Shown here: piece by piece, positions 49,631-60,956 of the stretch
Numbering within the stretch: the first letter of the stretch is position 1
Layout of the letters: the number at the start of each line of letters is the position of its first letter
Assembly (NCBI GenBank): GCA_009859145.1
Contig: VRVR01000060.1
Coordinates: 1-64,000, forward strand
Direction of reading: 5' to 3'
DNA: 64,000 nucleotides
Origin: Andalucia godoyi And28
Taxonomy: Eukaryota > Protista > Jakobida
Program-made: the position numbers and the translations under genes
Notes under the pieces: generated by a model
Database searches by the model: none
The model's input: only the letters and a program-made list of their open reading frames with translations
Told to the model about the DNA's origin: nothing

Positions 49631-50520
49631 GGCTCTTGAAACGAACTAAAAGAAGAAGAAAAAAGAAGAAAGAAGGAAACGCGAAGGGCTCGCCTTTGGC
49701 TTGTTCAAGGAATATTTTGACCTAGGGTTGCCGTCGGAATGGGGCGCGGCGGCGTTCGGAAACGGAAACCTGATTCTGCTTCAACAGGATGACCATTGTC
49801 ATCTACCGTAACAACGAGAGAACGGTTCTGCTAAAGTGATTAGCAAAGCCGCCGGACGATTGGCCGTGAGTGCAGAATTCCAGATGTTCCATTCACACAC
49901 GCACTACTGATCATTGTGGTTCAGTACCGTTCGAACTTTCACCTGCTGAATGAACCATCATCGATAGTATCACGACTTCTGCAGTCCTCCAAAATCGCAG
50001 AGGATGCTACGATTGCAAGGTCGAACTTGGAATCTTCGAATTCCAAGTAAAATGAAGGAACATGGCAACAATTTAAGAACGATGATTAACTGAGAATGAC
50101 TTCTGCCATTTTAGCCGTCTCGGATACATCACCACAGGCTGCAAAAAAGCAAGAATCATTTCCCAGTTCACTCGGTGTTTCGTAGCATCCAGAAAATCAA
50201 GTCCGTCCCTGGGAATTTCAGCAGCTTGTTCTTTTCGTCAGTCCTACTCAGAAACAACGTTCCGCTCAATAACAACTGGAAACGTCCAGTCAGAGCGCAC
50301 ACTATCATCCTTCAGTAATAAAAAGATCGCAACAACCACCAGTCGAAATATCTTTTCAATCATTCAAACTTAGAAAACACAAAAGGGTTCTTGTCCAAAC
50401 ATATCAACTAGCGAATAGCGAAGCAACATTGTCCTTTCCTGAGCATTATTCGCACACGGGCTTTCACCGACTTGTTCATCCAGGCCTTGGGTGTTCAACA
50501 AGATACATCTTCCCAGTCAC

Positions 50521-53500
50521 TCAAAGCGTTTGGTCATCCTCCATCAAGTTTGTTGTAAGCGATTCCTGAACGCTGGATGTGCGACTGTTACACCACCCTT
50601 TTCCAAATTGAACAATGCTCATGCAAAGTAGAACGGACGAAATCCAATGTTCAGCAAAAACACAACTGTTTTCGGCTTCGTCAACATCCTGGACTGCAAA
50701 AGCTTGCCGGTGTACCGGATAGACAAGATTCACAAGTATACTTCTAAGCGAAATGATTTCGAGAAAGTTTTCAATATCACAATGGTACGGAGTTACGATC
50801 GCTTGAACACTATCTGACCCCAACAATACGCACGTAACAAGCATCAGAAGATACTCGGTAAGCGGTGAATGGTGACATAGGCAGCGATCAAAAGGATTCG
50901 ATGAATGGTCACAACCAGCTCCCTGCATCTTCTTTTCAATCGATAAGTTTGAAAAAAACAGTGAATGGATGCACATACGTCGAGCATAAACTTTTGCATG
51001 TCTTGACAAGCCTCGGCTGCGCCACACTAAGAAGTCGGTCAAACCGGAAGGGCAACGGCGTATACAACCAGTTATACTGATATATTTCCATCGATCAGCG
51101 TCGCTTGTTGACATGACACGCCAGATTTGAATTGCCATCTCTGGGTTCCTTTGAACATCACGAAGAAACAAGTATAGCGAACAACGCAGACATGAAGAGA
51201 AACAGACAAAAGCACGGCAAAGATCAACCCAGTGCTTGCTTTTCACAAGCTCATGTACACGAAAACTGCCTTTAAACCAAATTAGCGCAACTGTTGACAA
51301 GGGGAATTCCGAGCTGATGGCGAAGCAAATGTCTTCGAACCATTTGAACCCGCTCACCAAAACTTGCTACAGAAAACAGGACAGCCAAAGTGACCAGATT
51401 CGTTCAGAAAACATGGTAACGTTGAAATGAACAGCAAAAACTTTGAAACAAGATGCTATGTCGTTATTGGTCCATGTCGTGCACTGCATCATTTGAAACA
51501 ATTTTTGTGAGAGGCCAACAAGTTTTGTGCTGAATTTGAAGAGCGGCTGCGTGGGGATCTGTTTTGTGCTCACCCACCAATACGACAGATAAAACAGAAC
51601 CAGGTCAACGAGCCAAGACAGTACAACTGTGCAAGGCTTCTCACATAAAGTGAAAACCAATCAATGAGTGGATGAGAACCATTGAAACATCCTAAAGCTC
51701 TAGGAAGATGTGCTCCACAAGAAAATGAATGTCGAAAGAAGAAAATGATTTAAAGAGGAAAAGCTGCGCTCGAGCAACGATTTCTTAAAACTGCTCCCTC
51801 CAAAAAAAGTGATTTTGCAAATTCGACTGAAAATCGTGAGCGAAACTTCGCAATCATTTATTGACAACCTCTGGCAAAAGAAGATAATTTTTGAACATTT
51901 TACAAACCAAATTGGCTGAGAGACTGTTTTCTTCATTCACAATCACTGTTTTCCATCGTATCCAACAACGGAGATTTCATCTGGCCGGAAGAGCGCGGCA
52001 TCGATCCGGTTCCCCGTCGTTGGATGCCCCCTTTTCTCACACCACCCAGCACACCGGATCCTATCACACTGGAAGCTCTGTCCATGACGGATCGCCAGTG
52101 CGTCGAGAATTTACAAGTACCAAGCTCGCAACAGTTGCTGTATTCAACGCAAAAAGAAAAACTGCGCCTATAGCTTCAACATCCACAGCACCAACTGTGA
52201 GTGACGTTAGCTCAACACCGAAATTAATCAAAAGGACAAGGAGGGACAGTGCCTTCAAACTGCTTTCAGCGCGACTTCTGAACGGCGAAAACAAACTGCC
52301 CAGAAGCAAAGACCCACCAAGTAAAACCAATACATGCAGTGCTTGAATTGAAGATCGGGATTGCACAATCGCAAAGGCAGCCACGAACAGGACACGATGA
52401 CCAGTGACAGTAAGATCCCATCAGCGACATTCATGTCGATATGACCCGAAGAGCAGCGAATACACCTAGCGACGTGGAGACGATACCGCATCGTCTTGTG
52501 ATGTAACGCCACTTCTCAAAACAATCTGGGCTAACAGAACACGTCCTTCAATGACGTATAGCAGGAGGAACACGGCGGGCACATTTTGCAGCGCTTCCGA
52601 ACATCGATGATACGGAGCAGCTACAAGATACTTGTGGCCATCGCCTTCGTCGCAATTACGTGCGAGGGCGCAAGAACGGCATTGACGGCTTGCACGTAGA
52701 GAAAGACGGACAGAAACAAGGCGCTTCGTCGACAACGGTTCTGCCACGCTTTGAATCTTCCGACTAATGATCGACGAGACGTTCGCAGTATCAACGCACC
52801 TTTGCAAGTATGCATCAGATGTGACCAGATATGGCTGGAAAAATGAGCGTGTTTGCAATAGCCACTCCGCAATTTGTATCGAATGACCATTCCGGATAGA
52901 AGCACTTCGGTCTGCAGGCGACGACATCCCGAACGATGACCCGCTGTGTGTCGTCGAGTATAAACCGCTTGACATTGGCGCATGACTGAAGAAGACACAC
53001 TGCGAAAAGAATACAATGGTCTTTGTGAAACCAGTCGCTGAGAGTCCAACGAAAAACGACCACACAATCAGTCCGATGAGAACAAGAATCATCACCATCC
53101 CAATTAATACAGGTGGAGCACCCGATGGACAAGAAAGACAGCTGCCCCCACTTTGGAAGCAACCGGATGAACACTTGAAACGCAAACGACCCTCGTAGCC
53201 GTCTCAGCAAGGTGCACTTGGAGACGGTTTACTCGGTGATTCCTCGGTTCCAGCACCGTGACATTGCTGAATGGAAGATGGGTAGCCAACATTGTGCGTC
53301 GTTTCTTCGTACGTGAACGAGGGGCTCGCATAATAACCAATACTAGCGATAATACTGCCGCCGATATTTCACGCAGGGGAGGGATAAGACGTAAAAGAGT
53401 TCTGGACGTCGTCAGATTGGAAATATTAGTAGCAAACTGCATCCATTGAAGAACCGTTGTACTTCTGGCTATTTGGGGGCTTGCCATAGTTTCCCCAAGC

Positions 53501-53571
53501 AGATGAAGGTACTGCGGGTTCGACTTTACACTGGAGAAAATGCAGCCCTCGCACATTGCTGACGCTGCCAA
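50521..53571 (-). pseudogene. Decayed Cys-rich ectodomain + multi-TM protein
   Basis: Fragments in gene order: Cys repeat CSSGCFQSGGSCLSCP, TM helix, KTIVFFSQ, further hydrophobic pieces, and late-TM-like TPYHCDIENFLEIISL. Many stops and frameshifts. Confidence 0.5.
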
Positions 53572-53671
53572 TCTTTATTATCACGTGGATTGTTTCAACA
53601 CTGCTTCGATTGGTGGATACATCAAGACAGTAAAGTTTTGATCAAATTCTTGAAGTGCAAACTGCGTTTTC

Positions 53672-54625
53672 CTACTCGTCCGATGGTGCCAATACTTCTC
53701 TCACGGTCTGTGCAATATTCACAAGTGGGTTCGTGATTCGATCCCACAAGCTTCCAGCGAATTCTTGGATTCTTCGAGCTGCGAAGTTTGCTGAAATCTT
53801 CGCTGCAGCCCTCTGCAAACGGACTAAGTACTGACGGGCTTGGTTCAAATTAAGACCAATTGACGCAAACTTTTGAGCAAGCTGATCATCAACAACAAGG
53901 TTCAACACCCCCCCTAAGTAGTTGGCACACACATTCCACCCCGCAACCAAAACATTCGTCAGCGACGAAATGTCTGAATACAGAAGAACGGGAGCTGTTG
54001 TGCTTTTGGAGCACATCTCTCTCTTCAGAGTTTCCACACTGTAAGCAATGTGCTCTCTATAAACTACTGTCGAACGGTTGCCCCACGGAGTGATGGTTGT
54101 GACGACACCAGCACAGTCTCGAAGGAAAGTGTATTGCTGAATTTCTCCACAGACAGCTTCCTGCACCTGCTGCATTTCCCCGGCCGGAGTCAAGTTCGAC
54201 CTTTCTGGAAGGCGTTTATCACATGAACTGACGACAAGGACGACGGGAACCTTGCCACCAGTCAGATTCTGTATTAACGCAAAGTTGGCTTCGAGAGCAG
54301 CAGTCATTCGGCCGTTCATTACAAACAAAATCAGATGCAATCCATCCTTAAGACTAAGAACAAAATCCATCAGTCTGTTTGCTGCCTGTTCAGCAGGCAC
54401 TGACCCTTCTGCAGTCTCGTTCAGACCTGCCGTGTCGAAGAGATCAAAGGACACCCCGTCGTGCGAAAACTGAAACGGACCATTGGTCTCAAAGGTGACA
54501 CCCGGAAGCTGCTCGGCGCACGGTGCTACCTCTCGACCTAAAAGATTGTTGATCAAGCTGCTTTTTCCCTGGCCAGCCGAGCCAAAAACAAGCACTCGTC
54601 GGGTAGTTGAATTTACCGTTGACAT
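53672..54625 (-). CDS. P-loop GTPase (AIG1/MMR_HSR1-like) with a C-terminal helical/amphipathic extension
   Basis: G1 GSAGQGKS, G2 GVT, G3 DTAG, LILFV strand, G4-like VVSSCD. ATG at 54625. Confidence 0.88.
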   Translation of the reverse strand: MSTVNSTTRRVLVFGSAGQGKSSLINNLLGREVAPCAEQLPGVTFETNGPFQFSHDGVSFDLFDTAGLNETAEGSVPAEQAANRLMDFVLSLKDGLHLILFVMNGRMTAALEANFALIQNLTGGKVPVVLVVSSCDKRLPERSNLTPAGEMQQVQEAVCGEIQQYTFLRDCAGVVTTITPWGNRSTVVYREHIAYSVETLKREMCSKSTTAPVLLYSDISSLTNVLVAGWNVCANYLGGVLNLVVDDQLAQKFASIGLNLNQARQYLVRLQRAAAKISANFAARRIQEFAGSLWDRITNPLVNIAQTVREVLAPSDE

Positions 54626-54765
54626 AGAGGATGCAGCCAAATATTTTAGGAATGTAAATTTTAAGAAGAACGAAATAACAGAAGACAGAGTAAAGATTGG
54701 AAAGAAAAGACCAGGGAATCAACATTTGTGATTCATGTGAGTCGCGATCCGTACCCACTCAGCTG

Positions 54766-54777
54766 CACGTGACGTCA
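54766..54777. promoter_or_regulatory. Overlapping CACGTG and TGACGTCA palindromes in the divergent promoter of the GTPase pair
   Basis: CACGTGACGTCA read directly. These are E-box-like and CRE-like by general eukaryotic consensus only. Confidence 0.25.
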
Positions 54778-55103
54778 CACACAAAAATGGTAAACCGCAC
54801 CCCCGACTCGGATTTCTTTCGGAATTCCCCCCTCCTTTTGGCTGAGACTCCAGCCACCACCATGTCGAATTGCTCCCGAGGGTTTCTACCGTAGTGACGG
54901 AGTAGCGCGGTCGCCGTCCAAAGCTGAAAGCTCCCTCCAAGGCTCTCTCGTTATCGTACGTTAATCTAGCATGCTTTATGATAATGTCCCTTCGCTAGAA
55001 GGTGGTGTGGACATTCCTTTGAACAACGCAACCGCTTTCTCTTTCTTTTGTCTCCTCCTTTTGCTGAGTTTCACAGGCATCTTTATTTAATATCAATTTG
55101 CAG

Positions 55104-55772
55104 ATGTCGAATGACGTCGTGTTTCGTATTTTGATTGTTGGAGTTGATCGAGATGAGTTGGAAGATTTGAAATTGAATTTGCAGGAGCAAACAGAGAGCA
55201 TGATGACGTCGCAGCCTTCGGGAATGATAGCACCTCGACTTGAATTTCAGGTAGCGTTGGAGAGAGAAGGGTTTCAATCAGCAACAACAACCACTGATTG
55301 CATTTTGTTTGTTATCGGAGGTCGTTTTACGGAAGCAGCGTCGGCCGTTTATGAATCAGTTTCGCGAAAAATGCGGTCTGTTCCAATTGTGTGTGTTGTG
55401 GCAGGCCTCGACAACATGCTGCCGTTGGAAGAGCTTTCGCTGCAGCCTGCCGATGAAGTGGCGCGCATCGAAAATCGTGTTCGTGCCGACGTGAGTCAAT
55501 ACACATCTATGCGATTTGCTGATGTTGTGGTGTGCTGTATTCTGCGCGGGAGATCAGCAGTTCCATTCGAGTGGTACGTGAAGGATTCGTCTCGTCGATT
55601 GCTTCAAAGTCTTGTGAAATTGTTAGAGTCGCGCCCTCTTGCTGTTGAATCAACACCTTTGCTTGTTCAAACTGATGCCACTTGTTCACAACTCCCGTCC
55701 GCCAAGGATTCGGATCCTGACAGTGAGCGTGAGGATCAAGCGCGTCATTATTGTTCTTGCGTTGTATCATAA
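55104..55772 (+). CDS. Degenerate paralog of the adjacent GTPase lacking G1/G3 motifs, ending in a CaaX box (CVVS)
   Basis: CILFVIGGRFT vs LILFVMNGRMT; VPIVCVVAGLD vs VPVVLVVSSCD; LPLEELSLQPADE vs LPERSNLTPAGE; SQYTSMR vs QQYTFLR. The P-loop position reads GVDRDELE. Confidence 0.8.
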   Translation: MSNDVVFRILIVGVDRDELEDLKLNLQEQTESMMTSQPSGMIAPRLEFQVALEREGFQSATTTTDCILFVIGGRFTEAASAVYESVSRKMRSVPIVCVVAGLDNMLPLEELSLQPADEVARIENRVRADVSQYTSMRFADVVVCCILRGRSAVPFEWYVKDSSRRLLQSLVKLLESRPLAVESTPLLVQTDATCSQLPSAKDSDPDSEREDQARHYCSCVVS

Positions 55773-56543
55773 ATGTTCGTGTGAAGAATTGCATTGGATC
55801 TTTAATGGAACTGATTCTTTGCCTTTTCTATTGGAGCCATAATTTAGAATACGATGTGGCGTTTTCCCGGGGCTCGCCTGGTGAATCATCATCCGCGGCC
55901 GGCAAGCACGATATACTTGTGCTGTACTTATGCTACTACAGCGACTCTAAAACAATCAGGAAAACATTGGAAGATTCTGGGGATGGATTGGCATTCAGCA
56001 AAGATGGAGAGCTTATCAAAGAAGACAAAGAGACAGTGGCTGGCTGGCTGCATCACCAAACGCCCCGTATCCCCAACAACTCTTCGGTGAACAGTTTGTT
56101 CCTTATTCATAAAAGTTAATTAAATTGATTATTAGTTTACTTGAAGGCACTGGATAACGGACAGTTCGGGTAGTTCTGTACAAGACAGAACATTGGTAAT
56201 GTTTGTCGTGCCGTTCTTCCTCCTCTGTTTGTTGCTGTCGTCTAAAAATAAAAGAGCAAACATCACTCTTTCTGCTTTTTTTGTTCATCAATCCTTGCTG
56301 CTGGCACGACTCTCCAATATTGCTCACTTGCATGATACGTACATCGGCTCGCCTGGGCATGGAACCAACAAACCGATTCATGGATGCATGAACGGAATAA
56401 CCAGTCAGAACAAGACTGAATAGAACGATGATGATGGCGTGACATGACAAGTTGGACGTCTTCTCTTCTTTGTATTTTTTCGTCATTACCACTGCCATTT
56501 CTTGTTGCAACCCATTGCATGGTTTTCTGTTCTGCTCTTCTTT

Positions 56544-58091
56544 CTAAGCGTGGATTGTGGCAGAATCGGCCTCTCCATCAGCTGGAAACCCGTACACGAA
56601 GACCGGATCGATAGTACCGGGTGCCATTTTCTCCAGATTTGCCCACCGCAGCTGTTTTCCACCGAGAAACTTCGTCATGCGCTGGTATTCCGAGGCAGTC
56701 ACGAACGGCTGCAAGCTTTCAGGAAATCGGACCCTTAGCAAAAGATCTGCATCCACGCTTGCACATGGCTCGTGCAGTTCAACAAGCGCCACATCTTGAT
56801 ACAAACATTCGATGTGCGGATCGGAGCACAAATCCGACCGGAACGGAACGGGAAACCGGATGCTCTCAGGTCCAAACCGGGTGATTTGCTCACCTTGGTT
56901 GTTGATCAACAGATAGTAGTCACAAGGCTTAAAGATGGACGGCCCGTTCGGGTTGTTCGGGTCGGTGACTCTGCGAAACAGACAGTGCACACAGGTGAGG
57001 ATACCACGCGTCGTGAAGAAGAAGCACGTTCCTTCATCGCACTGTACGGATTCGTCGTTCATGCAAGCCTTCAGCTTGTAGACCGAGTTTTCGCAGCGGG
57101 TCAGTCCGTCTTTGGTTTGGTTCACGGCATGACACTGGCGCTCTTTCGTCACCGTTACAGACTTCTTCGTGTACAGAGCATTCAGATGAGGAGCAGCATC
57201 AGTAGCCTTCAATTGGTGCTCGCAGTGTCCATCCAGGTTCTCGCAGCGGTCGCAAAAGTGCAAGTCAGCATCGTCTGCTTTAGCTTGTGCGGTTTGCAGA
57301 TACGTATCAACAGCCTCCATTCTTTTTCTTATCGACTGGTTTGGCCACAAGTGATACATGATCCTTCCCGAGTTGGATTGGCTCGCGGAACCCGACGCCG
57401 GGTTTACCGAGTTTGCTCCAGGAGAATCGGATGCCGAAGCCGAGCCAGCGGAACTTGAAGTCGCGGATGCTCTTCCTGTTGCAGGTTGTTCGCGCATCTG
57501 CCTCCTAAGTGATTGGTAGTGATTGATCCACGTGTCCCGAAGTCCCTGTTCGACCGCGGAAGAGTGGGCGAAGAAGATGATGTGTGAGGCAGCCATTCCT
57601 CGCGCCTCAGCTCGTCCTTTTTTCGTGACGATATCGACACCGCAGAAGCTTCCGTTTTCCTGGATCCACGTATGCACATGGCAATTCAGAGGGCATTTCC
57701 TATGTCCTGCCGATGCCAAGAATCTGCACAAGGGAGCCTTGCTCTTCTTTTTGAAGGCAAGATATTTATCCAGGACATCGGTGGTATTTGGGAGCTGGAT
57801 ACGTCGTCGACCATGTTCATCGTGCTTCGACCAAAACACGTTCCAGTTCAAGACGCCCAATCTGACAGCGCCCCATTGATCGGATGCGCTGTCCAATGCT
57901 GGCACTTGACGTCGCTCTTCTTCGGTAAGAATCGATCCACTTAGAATGTCAGCAATCAATCTTCTCGGCTTCTTTTGAAAATCAGATTCCTGTAAAGGAA
58001 CCCATCCACAACCCAAGAACTTGTGGTACTTTCCGAAGAACACGACCGGATAGCACTGTCTGTCCATTCCCACTGCGGCAAGGAATGCCAA
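56544..58091 (-). CDS. Multi-zinc-finger protein with a C-terminal trypsin-like protease domain, apparently truncated before the catalytic Ser
   Basis: CRF...C...C..H finger, CDRC...HC, RQCHAVNQTKDGLTRCEN. Protease motifs GTCFF..ILTCVHC (His), QDVALVEL (Asp), VFVYGFP, then TAG. First ATG at 58067. Confidence 0.72.
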   Translation of the reverse strand: MAFLAAVGMDRQCYPVVFFGKYHKFLGCGWVPLQESDFQKKPRRLIADILSGSILTEEERRQVPALDSASDQWGAVRLGVLNWNVFWSKHDEHGRRRIQLPNTTDVLDKYLAFKKKSKAPLCRFLASAGHRKCPLNCHVHTWIQENGSFCGVDIVTKKGRAEARGMAASHIIFFAHSSAVEQGLRDTWINHYQSLRRQMREQPATGRASATSSSAGSASASDSPGANSVNPASGSASQSNSGRIMYHLWPNQSIRKRMEAVDTYLQTAQAKADDADLHFCDRCENLDGHCEHQLKATDAAPHLNALYTKKSVTVTKERQCHAVNQTKDGLTRCENSVYKLKACMNDESVQCDEGTCFFFTTRGILTCVHCLFRRVTDPNNPNGPSIFKPCDYYLLINNQGEQITRFGPESIRFPVPFRSDLCSDPHIECLYQDVALVELHEPCASVDADLLLRVRFPESLQPFVTASEYQRMTKFLGGKQLRWANLEKMAPGTIDPVFVYGFPADGEADSATIHA

Positions 58092-58477
58092 TTACAATCA
58101 AATAGGCTGGTGATAGGAAACAAGAAGATACTGTCGGAATAGGAAAAAAAGGAAATGAAAAAAATGAAGAAGAACGAAAAAAGTAAAGATAAATTTATTA
58201 AAAGAGAAAGGAAATGGTGAAAGCGGAAAAGCAAGGCATACGCAGACAATCCCGGCTGTCGGGAAATGGCATTCTCCTCTGAATTTCAAGGGTTTGTCAC
58301 ACGCGCCACTACGAAAGTGGAGCCAAAGTCACCGCGTCCGCGCGTTCAATTAGAAATGACACTGTCAAATGTCAACGTTTTGTGACATTCGCCTCTTTTT
58401 CCATTCGAATTCCGGAATTCTTCCTGGCTTGTTTTTCTTTTTCTACTTTCTCATTTGCCTTGTCCAATTAACCATCA

Positions 58478-59161
58478 ATGAATTCTCGAACCATTCCGTC
58501 ACTTTCCTCCATTGCAGCGTCGAAAGATTCCGCCGAATTTGTGCTTGCCGTCTTGTTGAACACTCACCCTTGCGCCGACGATTCTCGAACATTGTTTGTT
58601 TGCTTGTCGTCGTTGATCAACATGTATCGGAGCCTCGACTCGTTTTTAACCCCGTTTCAGCAGTGGTACATGCCCGTCAAGGGTACGCGGTTCGCTTCCA
58701 CTGCTTCACCCTCTTTTGAAGAGCTTCGCACCGTCTTCAAACAGCTGCGGGCCATTGCACCAGCCGACGCAAGTTCCGAACATTGTGCAGCGCTCTTGCA
58801 GGATCTTGTTTCAGTCGTTTGGCAAGTCGTGTTTGCGTGGTTGCGAGAAAATGAGCAAGTGATTGAGAACCAGGACATTGGCAAGTTCATGCAAGATGCG
58901 TACTGTACGTTTTGCGTAGACCATGTAAATGGAAGTCAGCTTCAGAGCAAGTTGTTCAATGCTAGCTCGGTATTAGTTGGCGTTGCAAGTGTTCTCAAGT
59001 GCTTGTCGGGGGTTTCTTTCGAACTCGAGCGCAAGGGCGAGGAGACCGCTTGCGAAAGTACCGTGAGCACGCAGAGCGGTTGGGGAATGCAGAAACAGAC
59101 GCAGTCGGAAAGGACGACGTCTACCGCTCCATCGTGGAAACTCAAGGCAAAGTGGTTATGA
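58478..59161 (+). CDS. Hypothetical helical protein (227 aa)
   Basis: ATG-initiated ORF after a pyrimidine tract; no motif recognised. Confidence 0.6.
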   Translation: MNSRTIPSLSSIAASKDSAEFVLAVLLNTHPCADDSRTLFVCLSSLINMYRSLDSFLTPFQQWYMPVKGTRFASTASPSFEELRTVFKQLRAIAPADASSEHCAALLQDLVSVVWQVVFAWLRENEQVIENQDIGKFMQDAYCTFCVDHVNGSQLQSKLFNASSVLVGVASVLKCLSGVSFELERKGEETACESTVSTQSGWGMQKQTQSERTTSTAPSWKLKAKWL

Positions 59162-59339
59162 ACACACGACGACTCAGCAATCAGCAAACGCAAGCTATTT
59201 AGCTGGAAGACAGATGAAAGAGAAAGGACAAACGCGCCGTTATCATCCAACAAAAGAGGTTGAGAAAGAAGAACGACTGTAGAATTGCATGAAGCACGTT
59301 CTTTTTTTGCCTTTTCAAGCACAGTTGTTCTTCTCCGTC

Positions 59340-60550
59340 TCAAAAAACTTCGTTATTTGTTTGACTGTGCAGCTGATACACAGGATTGAAAGAAGAGGCA
59401 TGTTTCACTATTTGAAGCATCTCTCTGCCGCGAATTTCTGATTTGTTTTTCTTCCTGTTGTACACAAAGGCTGCGACTGCCGCTTGAGTCGTGCGACTCA
59501 CGTTACTGTTTTCAGCGATTTTTTCAAATGCCCCGACAACGAGTTCTGGAAAGAACCTTTGGTAACTTTCAACACCATTGCAAAGATAATCAATACATGT
59601 GTGAAGAACAAAACCGGGAAACGTGCAAATCTCAATTTCTTTACATTGATTGGAATCTCTGTTGGGTTTTGAAACACGAAATGAAAACATGCTGTTGAGT
59701 TTGTGTTCGAATTCAAAAAACAGCGGCCCACATTGGTCTGTTTTAGAGCACGCGGAAGACGATTTCTTTGTTTGCATTCCTTCTGTCGCTGTTCGAGCAC
59801 ACGACCTGCTGGTCATCCTTGCTGTTCCATGCGGATTAGTTCCGTTTGAATATGAATTGCTGCAACGCGTTTCTGAGTTCTTAGTGGACGAGAAGCAAAG
59901 GAGACAGTGATATCGGAAGACGTCTGTTGCAATGGAACAGGATGCCAACGAAAGAATCCAATCAATATTCGGAAATGAACAAGCTGATCCAGTCGTTCAA
60001 CGGTCAAAATGCATATTTGCTGCACCACAACGATGATTTCATCGTGTTTGTTGGCAGAGCATTCCATGTGTGTGTGCAAGCGTATACGGTGGATTCCTCT
60101 TTCTCGAGAACAACATTGATTTGACATCTTTCGAATTCTGTTGTCCCGACCAGTCAGGATGTGTGAAAACTGATACTCACAATGTGATGTTTTGACCGCT
60201 TGTGCAGATTCTGGAAATGAAGTCTCTTCTTCGCTTTTCTTCGTGGACCAGAAGCTGACACTTGCCAGCAAAAGTTCAACTATCGATTGCGAATCAATTG
60301 AGATCCTCGTAACGACGTTTTTGTAGAGAAGTCTGGTTTTCTTCTTCTGTGATCTCTTGATGGACACTCTCTTTGGCAAATCTTGAACATAATAAGAAAG
60401 GGAAAGGAAGTGAACGCTTTTCGACGACAACATAGACAAATGCGCGCCGTTGCGGGCATTACTACTGCATTGAAGTTGCGTCGGTGTGCTGCGAACAATC
60501 CTATCCACCATTTGATCAGCAACGAGGAAAATGGCAATTGCAGTACACAA
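59340..60550 (-). pseudogene. Possible heavily decayed voltage-gated cation channel domain
   Basis: Three short motifs in the expected order (DNRIRKM, ASRPLRTQKRV, FFPELVVGAFEK), but in different frames and with shorter than canonical spacing. Confidence 0.25.
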
Positions 60551-60956
60551 ACTTGCGGATCACGAGACTGGAGATATGTTCTGCCAAGAAAGAGAAAGCA
60601 GGGTTGTTGATCGCATTCATTCCACAGAGATTCTCAACACTCATTCGTACAGCGACACGCAAAACCATGATGGTCACGGATTCACTGCAGAATGTCTCCT
60701 GACCTGAGGTATTCTTCTCGTTAACGTTACAGCAGATCCTACACGATCTGCGTTTCTCGACATCTGTTGAAAAGAACACAGAAGCCTTTGCATCGTTTCA
60801 CAAGAAGAGACAAACAAGACAGGAATCACTGCAGAAACGAAACAACAAATCATGAAGTGCTAATGAATCGACGTGAAACCACATTTACATCCCAATATCT
60901 CGTCAACAAATATTCAACCAAACCAGATAACTGGACATTCGCTGTCAGTTTCAAAA

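Noticed and set aside
49723-49729. Single TAGGGTT telo-box-like motif upstream of the GPI-protein gene
   Set aside because: One 7-mer in 64 kb is expected by chance.
54840-54859. GGCTG-AGACTC-CAGCC-ACCA minihelix resembling a tRNA acceptor end
   Set aside because: Only a 5-bp stem and no other tRNA arms; likely chance.
6611-56546. Alternative genetic code or stop reassignment, suggested by in-frame stops at 14779 (TAG), 17773 (TGA), 44596 (TAG), 56544 (TAG) and 6611/6767/6920 (TGA)
   Set aside because: Both TAG and TGA also end apparently complete genes (TAG at 12760, 26982, 33899; TGA at 16176, 25725), and the interrupting stops are of mixed type. Subtelomeric pseudogenisation explains them more simply.
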